This document shows positions 34,989 through 42,747 of a stretch of 64,000 bases of DNA, piece after piece. The position numbers were made by a program, and so were the translations under genes. Location: assembly GCA_036517115.1 (NCBI GenBank), contig DATDYB010000023.1, positions 2,839 to 66,838 of the forward strand, given 5' to 3'. Below the pieces are notes generated by a model. It was not told the origin of the DNA. It ran no database searches and worked only from the letters and a program-made list of their open reading frames with translations. The DNA is from Minisyncoccota bacterium (lineage in GTDB: Bacteria; Patescibacteriota; Minisyncoccia; Phycocordibacterales; PALSA-1337). The number at the start of each line of letters is the position of its first letter. The stretch's first letter is position 1.

Positions 34989-35017
34989 TGCAATTTAGAG
35001 CGTTTAGGTATATAATT
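34989..35017 (+). promoter_or_regulatory. promoter TTGCAA-17 nt-TATAAT
   Basis: TTGCAA at 34989-34994 and TATAAT at 35012-35017, upstream of the 35100 gene. Confidence 0.6.
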
Positions 35018-35099
35018 GTATATAGAAGATGTTTGAAATTGTTTAGAAAAAACGGCAATTTCTCGCTTCGGTAAACTAAAATTCAACAAAGGAGACGGT

Positions 35100-36014
35100 G
35101 TGAAGAAATTCATCTTGTCAGTTGTATTCGTACTCGCGCTTTTCGGAGTCCGAATGGTCTCCGCAAGCGAAATTTTTCTGCCTATCGGTAGTAAAGAAAC
35201 AGTTGATACTTATATCCGCAACCAGGTGTCCGAACTGTGGATCAATCTTGTGGTGGAGAATCCGTGGAAAATCATAGACATGGAAGGTGGTCCACTCGAT
35301 TTCACCGAGTCTGATTATGAGGACATCTGTGAAAGTTGGCTTCCTGTAATGCTTGAACGTTCCGGACAGGAGATTAGTAAATACCCAGGTGCGACGGTCA
35401 GCGTTAAAATTCTGGGAATCCTTCGAGATGGTAGACCATGGTCAGTATTGGTTCACTATCGTAAAATTGGAATCATTAAGGCAGATGGTTCGCTTGAGGT
35501 TTCAGGCGACGCACTCAAGGTGCATTTTGAACCCTATCCAAGTGTCCATGTTAAGTTGCCGGGAATTTCCTCTGCATCCATAACATATACAGATGGTGAG
35601 GTACAAAAGACATTGATACCCGTCGCGCAGGATATCTATCTTGCCGGAGCATTCAAAATCGATGAAGCGTACGACATGCTCATACTCCCATACGATCTTT
35701 CTATCGGCACATATCCTGGAACTCTCACCCTGTCTTTCAAGGATGGAAGTGAGCAGGTCTTCGATTTACAGCCGAACCGTATGGTCATCACTAGACTCGA
35801 ACGAGGGATGGAGCAGATCACTCTTACTCTTGAAGGTTCCGGACTCTTCGCTGTCGACGTTTCAACCGACTTGAAGACGTGGACGGAAGCGGGCGTCGGA
35901 GCGTTTGATCCCGAAGGTCCCACGATCTTTCAGGTGGCCTGCACTAAGGGAAATAGTGCATTCTATCGGCTGCGTGGTAGAAGTCCAGAAGTAGTCGGCT
36001 CCAGTAGTCGTTAA
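35100..36014 (+). CDS. secreted hypothetical protein (304 aa)
   Basis: GTG start with AAAGGAGA 6 nt upstream. The signal peptide is MKKFILSVVFVLALFGVRMVSA/SE. No domain recognised. Confidence 0.6.
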   Translation: MKKFILSVVFVLALFGVRMVSASEIFLPIGSKETVDTYIRNQVSELWINLVVENPWKIIDMEGGPLDFTESDYEDICESWLPVMLERSGQEISKYPGATVSVKILGILRDGRPWSVLVHYRKIGIIKADGSLEVSGDALKVHFEPYPSVHVKLPGISSASITYTDGEVQKTLIPVAQDIYLAGAFKIDEAYDMLILPYDLSIGTYPGTLTLSFKDGSEQVFDLQPNRMVITRLERGMEQITLTLEGSGLFAVDVSTDLKTWTEAGVGAFDPEGPTIFQVACTKGNSAFYRLRGRSPEVVGSSSR

Positions 36015-36034
36015 TCTAAACAATGTCATTCATG

Positions 36035-36064
36035 CCCGCCTTGTTAACTCAAGGCGGGTTTTTT
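36035..36064 (+). terminator. intrinsic terminator
   Basis: cccgcctt-gttaactc-aaggcggg followed by tttttt. Confidence 0.7.
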
Positions 36065-36097
36065 CTTATCTGTTGGGGAAATTCCTCTCGCATGTTC

Positions 36098-36106
36098 TGG
36101 TATACT
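36098..36106 (+). promoter_or_regulatory. extended -10 box TGgTATACT, 7 nt before the pilB ATG
   Basis: ttcTGgTATACTtagcactATG, with no Shine-Dalgarno sequence. Confidence 0.5.
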
Positions 36107-36113
36107 TAGCACT

Positions 36114-37859
36114 ATGTACATTGAAGAGAAACAGCTTCGAAACTTTATTCTTGATTCAGGGCTAGTATCTCGAGCCGACTACGAGAAGGCGTCTGAAGAT
36201 GTCAAAGGTAAAAAAGATGGGGTAGGCGAGATGCTGGTATCTGAAGGAAAAATAACCGAGGATAACCTACGGCGCATGCAGGCATATGTGCTCGGCATCC
36301 CTTTTGTCGATCTCAAGGGTCAGAAAATCCCTTTTGACACGCTCTCTCTTATTCCTGAGCCCATTGCCCGAACTCACAACGTAGTCGCATTCAAAAAAAC
36401 AGACGATGCGCTTGAAGTGGCCATGCTTGATACGGACGACTTGAACGCCATCGACTTTGTTCAAAAGAAGGTACGTTTGAGAATCTTGCCTCGATTGACC
36501 GATACTGAATCAGTCAGAAGCGCCCTGCTGCAATATCAGAAAAGTCTTAAGGCGGAATTTGGCGACATCATCCAAAAAGAAGTGGAGGCGCTTAAGGCCG
36601 TGACTGACGGAAAAGGGGATGCTTCGGTGAGCGATCTTAAGAAAATCGCGGAAGATATTCCGGTGGTTCGTGTTGTCGATACACTGTTGAAGCATGCCAT
36701 ACTCCAAAACGCTTCGGATATTCACATTGAACCGATGGAAGCGGAACTTCTGGTACGGTATCGCATTGACGGACTTTTGCATGACGCTATGATTTTGCCA
36801 AAAAGTGCTGAGCCCTCGATCACCGCACGTATCAAAGTGCTCTCTAACTTAAAGCTAGATGAAAAGCGTCTTCCGCAGGACGGCCGGTTTAAAGTAGAAA
36901 TGGAAAAAGAGAAAGTTTCCTTCCGCGTGTCCATTCTCCCGACTTATTTCGGTGAGAAGACGGTGATGAGACTCCTTCGCGAAAACGCGGGCGGCTTTAC
37001 GCTTGAGGGTCTCGGTTTTCACGGCATGGGACTTGAGCGCATCCATAAAGCAAGTACGCTTTCCACGGGAATGATCTTGACCACTGGCCCGACCGGCTCG
37101 GGAAAAACGACGACGCTCTACACCATGCTCGATATTTTAAATACACCCGACGTGAACATCTCGACAGTCGAAGACCCTGTGGAGTACCAAATGCCGCGGG
37201 TCAACCAGTCACAGGTCAAGCCGGAAATAGGGTTCACTTTTTCAAGCGGTCTTCGAACACTGGTACGACAGGATCCGGATATTATCATGGTCGGTGAAAT
37301 CCGTGACAACGAAACCGCCTCACTTGCTATCAACGCTGCGCTTACCGGTCACCTCGTGCTCTCGACACTCCACACCAACTCCGCTGCTGGTGCGATACCA
37401 CGATTGCTTGATATGAAAGTTGAACCGTTTCTTCTTGTTTCCACCATTGATATCGTCATCGCTCAGCGTCTGGTGCGCAAATTGTCGGATAGTAAAGAGA
37501 AGTATTTTTTAAGCAAGAGTGAGTTTGAACAGCTACGTACGTCAGTTGATGTAGATAAAGTGCTCAATACACTCAAAGAAGAACATATTGTGGAAAAAAA
37601 TGTTGCATGGGATAAGATTCCTTTCTACAAAGCTAAAGAAGGAACGGAAGAAGGGTATAAGGGTAGGTTCGGTATCCACGAGGTACTCAAAGTAACATCA
37701 ACTATCAAAGATCTCGTAATGAAGGGGGCGACGGCTGACGAAATTGAAGCTCAGGCACGAAAAGAGGGAATGTTGACGATGCTCGAAGACGGGATCTTTA
37801 AGGCGGCTCAAGGGCTCACTACTATTGAGGAAGTACTCCGTGTTGCGACCACAGAATAA
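36114..37859 (+). CDS. pilB: type IV pilus assembly ATPase (GspE/PilB family)
   Basis: 581 aa with an N-terminal T2SSE_N-like domain, Walker A GPTGSGKTTTLY, VEDPVEY, IIMVGEIRD and LSTLHTN. Confidence 0.9.
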   Translation: MYIEEKQLRNFILDSGLVSRADYEKASEDVKGKKDGVGEMLVSEGKITEDNLRRMQAYVLGIPFVDLKGQKIPFDTLSLIPEPIARTHNVVAFKKTDDALEVAMLDTDDLNAIDFVQKKVRLRILPRLTDTESVRSALLQYQKSLKAEFGDIIQKEVEALKAVTDGKGDASVSDLKKIAEDIPVVRVVDTLLKHAILQNASDIHIEPMEAELLVRYRIDGLLHDAMILPKSAEPSITARIKVLSNLKLDEKRLPQDGRFKVEMEKEKVSFRVSILPTYFGEKTVMRLLRENAGGFTLEGLGFHGMGLERIHKASTLSTGMILTTGPTGSGKTTTLYTMLDILNTPDVNISTVEDPVEYQMPRVNQSQVKPEIGFTFSSGLRTLVRQDPDIIMVGEIRDNETASLAINAALTGHLVLSTLHTNSAAGAIPRLLDMKVEPFLLVSTIDIVIAQRLVRKLSDSKEKYFLSKSEFEQLRTSVDVDKVLNTLKEEHIVEKNVAWDKIPFYKAKEGTEEGYKGRFGIHEVLKVTSTIKDLVMKGATADEIEAQARKEGMLTMLEDGIFKAAQGLTTIEEVLRVATTE

Positions 37860-37861
37860 TA

Positions 37862-39073
37862 ATGAAATTTAAATTCAAAGCAAAAAATGCGGCCGGAGAG
37901 GTGATAAGCGGAGTACGAGAGGCCGCGGATAAATTTTCCTTGTATAAGGAAATGAAGAGTATCGGCAACGTCATTATCTCGGTAGTACCTCTTGGGGCGC
38001 ATGAAACAGGAGAGCCAAGGTTTGCTTCATTGTTGGGGTTTGTGGGCACCCACGAGAAAATCATTTTCGCCCGAAACCTAGGTTCGATGATGGAGGCCGG
38101 ACTCTCTGTTTCTCGTGCACTCTCGGTGATGGAACGGCAAACCAACAATGCAGCGTTCAAGAAAGTGCTGCGAAGCCTTATCGCGGAAATCAACGCCGGT
38201 ACGACACTCTCGAATGCCCTCCGAAAATTCCCTAAAGTATTTTCCTCTCTTTTTGTTTCCATGGTGGGCGCTGGGGAGGAGAGCGGCTCTATGGCAGGCT
38301 CACTCAAAAAAGTGGGTGAGCAGATGGAGTCATCATATCTGTTGCAGAAAAAAGTGAGGGGAGCGCTCATGTATCCAGCGGTCGTGCTTCTCGCGATGGT
38401 TGTTATCGCCGTCCTCATGCTTATGTATATCGTCCCGACCCTGACCGCGACTTTTAACGAGCTCCATGTAGAGCTGCCCCTTTCCACACAGTTTATTATT
38501 GCGGTCAGTGACATAGTCCGTCTACACTTTTTGAGCGCCCTCTTATCTCTCGTTGTCCTTATCGTTCTATTTTCTTTAGCTATACGCTCGCCGAAAGGTA
38601 AGCACGTTCTTGATTTCTGTATACTACATGTACCACTTTTTTCTACGTTGGTTAAGCAGGTAAACTCTGCACGAACCGCGCGTACATTTTCTTCACTCCT
38701 GTCCGCGGGCGTCCCCATGCTTGAGGCGGCGCGGATCACTGGGTCGGTGGTTCAAAATTCATACTACAAGGCTGTACTTAAAGAGGCAGAAACGGTCATC
38801 ACTAAGGGCGAATCACTCTCGTCACTTTTTTCACAGAAGACGAATCTCTATCCGATTTTCTTAGGAGAAATGGTAAATGTTGGTGAAGAGACCGGCAAAC
38901 TCTCATCTATGCTCGTGAATGTTGCCGACTATTACGAGAATGAAGTGGCACAAAAGACTAAAGATCTATCCACGTTGATTGAGCCGTTGCTGATGATCGT
39001 GATTGGCGTGGCTGTAGGTTTTTTCGCACTCGCCATGATCACGCCGACCTATTCGGTACTCGATAGTCTGTAA
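37862..39073 (+). CDS. pilC: type IV pilus platform protein (GspF/PilC family)
   Basis: 403 aa with two T2SSF repeats (...LSxALxxFPKVFSSLFVSMVGAGEESG... and ...LSSLFSQKTNLYPIFLGEMVNVGEETGKL...) and 3 TM segments. Confidence 0.9.
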   Translation: MKFKFKAKNAAGEVISGVREAADKFSLYKEMKSIGNVIISVVPLGAHETGEPRFASLLGFVGTHEKIIFARNLGSMMEAGLSVSRALSVMERQTNNAAFKKVLRSLIAEINAGTTLSNALRKFPKVFSSLFVSMVGAGEESGSMAGSLKKVGEQMESSYLLQKKVRGALMYPAVVLLAMVVIAVLMLMYIVPTLTATFNELHVELPLSTQFIIAVSDIVRLHFLSALLSLVVLIVLFSLAIRSPKGKHVLDFCILHVPLFSTLVKQVNSARTARTFSSLLSAGVPMLEAARITGSVVQNSYYKAVLKEAETVITKGESLSSLFSQKTNLYPIFLGEMVNVGEETGKLSSMLVNVADYYENEVAQKTKDLSTLIEPLLMIVIGVAVGFFALAMITPTYSVLDSL

Positions 39074-39074
39074 T

Positions 39075-39554
39075 ATGAAAGATTCAAGATTCAAGATTCA
39101 AGACGATGGCTTTACGCTTATTGAAATGCTGTTGGTGTTGAGCATCCTCATTTTTCTTGCGGGGATCAGTGTGCCCACGTTCTCGAAATTCATGACAACC
39201 AATAACTTAGAAAAAAGTACGGCAAAAGTAAGAGGACTCTTAGAAGAAGCTCGTTCATTAACGCTTGCCTCAAAATACGATACGCAGTACGGTGTTCACT
39301 TTGAAAGTGCCAAGGCGGTGTTGTTTCAAGGTGCTTCATATTCTTCCACTAGTGCCACCAACATTTCCCTCACCTTGCCCTCGAGTGTGCGGATCGGTAC
39401 CACCACGCTTTCCGGAGGGGGTAATGACGTTGTGTTCTCTCGGCAAGCAGGGGGTGTCAGCGCCTACGGCACTACGACACTTTTTCTCCTCGCTAATCCT
39501 GCCCGTATCTCGTCGATCGTGATTTATGGTACAGGACTGACGGAAATTAAATAA
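39075..39554 (+). CDS. prepilin-type N-terminal cleavage/methylation domain protein (GspH/FimT-like minor pilin)
   Basis: MKDSRFKIQDDG/FTLIEMLLVLSILIFLAGI, with G at -1 and E at +5. Confidence 0.8.
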   Translation: MKDSRFKIQDDGFTLIEMLLVLSILIFLAGISVPTFSKFMTTNNLEKSTAKVRGLLEEARSLTLASKYDTQYGVHFESAKAVLFQGASYSSTSATNISLTLPSSVRIGTTTLSGGGNDVVFSRQAGGVSAYGTTTLFLLANPARISSIVIYGTGLTEIK

Positions 39555-39555
39555 C

Positions 39556-40068
39556 ATGAAAAAATCTCGGTTAAAATTTTTACATTCTAAATTCCGTATC
39601 TCATATTCTTCGGGCTTTAGTATGGTCGAGATGGTGGTGGGGCTCGGCATTCTTGCAGTTGCTTTCAGTGCTCTCTTCGGCACCTATCGAGCGTATCTTA
39701 AGGCCGCACTTAAGACGACAGATACCTTAAAAGCAGCCTATCTGCTTGAGGAAGGGTTGGAATCGGTTCGACTCCTTCGGGATACCGGTTTTACTGCAAA
39801 TATCGCTCCACTTGCCTCGGGCACTTCCTATTACCTTGCTTGGAGTGGCGGCACGTGGAAATCAACTACCAGCGCGCAAACTATCGACGGGTTTAGCCGC
39901 TCCTTCAGGATCGCCTCGATATATCGTGATGCGAGTCAAGACATCGCTTCTTCCGGTACGCTCGATAACAATACGAAGAAGGTGGACATGATGGTGGCGT
40001 GGACAGGAAGGGGAGCCACCACTACCGAGACGATCTCTACCTACCTTTCTAATATTTTAAACAATTGA
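39556..40068 (+). CDS. prepilin-like protein
   Basis: ...ISYSSG/FSMVEMVVGLGILAVAF, with E at +5. Confidence 0.7.
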   Translation: MKKSRLKFLHSKFRISYSSGFSMVEMVVGLGILAVAFSALFGTYRAYLKAALKTTDTLKAAYLLEEGLESVRLLRDTGFTANIAPLASGTSYYLAWSGGTWKSTTSAQTIDGFSRSFRIASIYRDASQDIASSGTLDNNTKKVDMMVAWTGRGATTTETISTYLSNILNN

Positions 40069-40562
40069 AAGCGACACCTTCCAAAGGAATATCCCTCATC
40101 GAGCTCGTGATCTACGTCGCTATTCTTGCGGTGGCGGTTATAGCGATTACGCGGGTGCTCATTGTCATGACTCGCTCGTATACCTCAATTGTCGTTGCTC
40201 GCGACCTCAACCACTCAGCGCTCGTAGGGTTCGAAACTATGGTGCGTGAAATTCGCGGATCCGCGAGCGTCACTGCCGGCTCGAGTACCTTAGGTGCTCA
40301 TCCGGGCAGGTTAACGACAGCGGCAGGAGCCACGACCACTGAATTTTATATGGCGGGCACGCAACTCATGTTTAGGAAAAACGGTGTGGTCCAAGGGCCA
40401 CTCACGCTGAGCACTGCCCGTGTCACTAACCTCGTGTTTCGCCAAGTGAGTACGGGATCTTCGGAAGCGATAAAAATCGAGATGACGCTTGCAGCCGGTA
40501 CAAGTACTGCAGCTAGATCAGTTAACCTTTATTCGACGGCTATCTTAAGGGGAAGCTACTAA
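40065..40562 (+). CDS. prepilin-like protein
   Basis: TTG start overlapping the upstream stop. MKATPSKG/ISLIELVIYVAILAVAVIAI, with E at +5. Confidence 0.7.
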   Translation: MKATPSKGISLIELVIYVAILAVAVIAITRVLIVMTRSYTSIVVARDLNHSALVGFETMVREIRGSASVTAGSSTLGAHPGRLTTAAGATTTEFYMAGTQLMFRKNGVVQGPLTLSTARVTNLVFRQVSTGSSEAIKIEMTLAAGTSTAARSVNLYSTAILRGSY

Positions 40563-40563
40563 C

Positions 40564-41868
40564 ATGAAAAATTTAAAATTTAAAATTAAAAATTTTACTT
40601 TTAACTATCAATCCGGTCAGGCTATGATTACCGCAGTTATCTTTTTCCTTTTTTCGTCGCTGATTATCATGAACGGGGTAAGTACGCCTGTGGTGCGAGA
40701 GGTGATGATTGTGAATGACCTCGTGCGTTCGAAAGAAGGACTCTTTGCGGCGGAAGGAGGAATTGAAGATGTTATATATCGTCTTAAAAACGGTATCACG
40801 GTCTCTTCTTCAGAAGGGGTTTCTTTGAACAACTCAAGGGCAACGACGACCATTACTGATGTGACGGGAGGTAAAACGCTTGCTACTAAGGCAGACCGAA
40901 ACGGTTTTGTTCGCAATGTGCAGGCGGCACTCACGCAGGGGAGCGGAGCCTCGTTTAATTATGGTGTGCAATCCGGCATCGGTGGTGTTCTTCTTGAAAA
41001 CAGTTCCTCAATCATTGGTAATGTATATTCGAATGGGCCAGTCGACGGAGCGGGCTCGAATCTTATAAAAGGTGACGTAGTGTCCGCAGGCCCTTCTGGA
41101 CTGGTAAAAGATATTCATGCTACGAGTTCCGTATATGCGCACACTATTCAAAATGCCGACATCGACAAGGACGCGTATTATGTAAGTATTTCTAATAGTA
41201 CCGTCGACGGCGCAACACATCCGGGAAGTACGGATCAAGCAACCACCACGATGCCCATCTCCGATAGCATGATTACTTCATGGGAGGCAGACGCGCAAGC
41301 TGGAGGTGTGATCTCGACACCATGTCCTTACAAAATCGATGAGGATGTGACCATAGGGCCTAAAAAAATCACCTGTGATCTTGAGATAAGCGGTGATCCC
41401 ACCGTAACGCTCACTGGGAACTTGTGGGTAACTGGAAACGTTACGATACAAAATACCGCTATAGTGAAAGCAAGCTCAAGTTTAGGTAATAATAGTGTGG
41501 CGATTATTGCTGATAAAGCTAGTGATCGTGATGATGGAAGTAAAATTTCTTTGGAAAATAGCGTAGTATTCCAGGGTTCAGGCCAGCCAAATTCATATAT
41601 TCTTTTTATCTCTCAAAACAATGATGCAGAGAATGGGGGAAATAACATTGCTATTGAAGCGAAGAACAGTGTAAGCGGAAAGGTGTTGTTGTATGCCGGC
41701 CACGGTGAAATTTCACTTCAAAACAGCATTAGTATCAAAGAGGTGACTGCGTATCGTATTCGACTTAAAAATAGTGCCTCGGTGATCTATGAGACCGGTA
41801 TCGCGAACCTCCTCTTTTCCTCCGGTCCCTCCGGTGGGTACTCTATTTCTTCGTGGGGTGAAAATTAA
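40564..41868 (+). CDS. large PilX-N-like pilus-associated protein with beta-helix-like C-terminal region (434 aa)
   Basis: The hydrophobic N-terminus SGQAMITAVIFFLFSSLIIMNGV has no E at +5. It is followed by Gly/Asn/Val/Ser-rich repetitive strands (GNVYSNGPVDGAGSNLIKGDVVSAG...). Confidence 0.55.
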   Translation: MKNLKFKIKNFTFNYQSGQAMITAVIFFLFSSLIIMNGVSTPVVREVMIVNDLVRSKEGLFAAEGGIEDVIYRLKNGITVSSSEGVSLNNSRATTTITDVTGGKTLATKADRNGFVRNVQAALTQGSGASFNYGVQSGIGGVLLENSSSIIGNVYSNGPVDGAGSNLIKGDVVSAGPSGLVKDIHATSSVYAHTIQNADIDKDAYYVSISNSTVDGATHPGSTDQATTTMPISDSMITSWEADAQAGGVISTPCPYKIDEDVTIGPKKITCDLEISGDPTVTLTGNLWVTGNVTIQNTAIVKASSSLGNNSVAIIADKASDRDDGSKISLENSVVFQGSGQPNSYILFISQNNDAENGGNNIAIEAKNSVSGKVLLYAGHGEISLQNSISIKEVTAYRIRLKNSASVIYETGIANLLFSSGPSGGYSISSWGEN

Positions 41869-41869
41869 T

Positions 41870-42715
41870 TCATTGCGGAAATTCCATCAGTAACATAGAT
41901 GAGTTATAAAAATCTAGAGCTAGAGAACCGAAGCTGTACGCTTGTCCCTTAATCTCAATAAGAGCACCGCCGGAACGAGGATTTGCCTGCGGCGTCGAAT
42001 GTTTGAAGCCAATGTTGTAGAGCGTGGAGAGGATCTCAGGTTTTTTGGAAATATCAAATCCGGCATTTTGCCACTGCACCTCTATCTGTTTGAGAAAAAG
42101 TGCGGCATAGAAATAGGAATAGTAGCGATCTTGTTCGTCCGTGAGACGTTTAAAACGTTCTTCGTCGGGGTCTTCAGTTTCAAATTCCAACATGTGTTTG
42201 TACGGAGGGCCGAGATAATATGGGGAAGTATTGTCCTTAAGATGTTCCTCAATCTCCATCGCCGTTTCCTGTTTGATGCCCATCACACCCCATGAAAATT
42301 TAGACTGATTGCCGAGAATTTTAAGCGGAGCGAAGATTGTCTTAAATAATTCTCGTTCGCTGTGATATAGGCGGAGTTGTTCGACAACAAGGTTAGCGAC
42401 AATGAGTCGGGGAGGCACTCCCGCTGTCTCCGCCGCTCGTTGTATCACTTCCTTGTCATTTCGAACGGCAATTTCGAGCGTCTCCCACTCTGCACCCTTA
42501 TCCCATGTGCGGTTTTTAGCCGATGCTTCGCGAAATGTTTCTGTTTGTGTGTCGATAATACCCGGGCTGTTGGTCCAACCAAGCCGTACCGCGAAATAAC
42601 CAGCGACCAACCCAAAGCCAATGACAGCGAAGCAATATACAAAGATTTTGAGAATCTTCTTCAGCATACAAAGCATTATAGCTTGTTTGAGTGGTGTGTA
42701 TAAGTATGCGTTCAA
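41870..42715 (-). CDS. membrane-anchored hypothetical protein, weak lytic-transglycosylase-like motifs
   Basis: The TM segment is ILKIFVYCFAVIGFGLVAGYFAV (the start may be M17 at 42667). The motifs VVEQ, GVMGIKQETA and LYNIGF loosely recall E / GLMQ / AYNAG of the SLT family. Confidence 0.45.
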   Translation of the reverse strand: MNAYLYTPLKQAIMLCMLKKILKIFVYCFAVIGFGLVAGYFAVRLGWTNSPGIIDTQTETFREASAKNRTWDKGAEWETLEIAVRNDKEVIQRAAETAGVPPRLIVANLVVEQLRLYHSERELFKTIFAPLKILGNQSKFSWGVMGIKQETAMEIEEHLKDNTSPYYLGPPYKHMLEFETEDPDEERFKRLTDEQDRYYSYFYAALFLKQIEVQWQNAGFDISKKPEILSTLYNIGFKHSTPQANPRSGGALIEIKGQAYSFGSLALDFYNSSMLLMEFPQ

Positions 42716-42747
42716 TATACTGATGAGGAGGTATAATTACGAGAATT

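Noticed and set aside
37822-38739. A 305-aa ORF on the minus strand opposite pilC.
   Set aside because: It lies entirely antisense to a well-supported PilC/GspF gene. Its composition is low-complexity and Arg/Ser/Thr-rich, with no start context or domain. It is a mirror-frame artefact.
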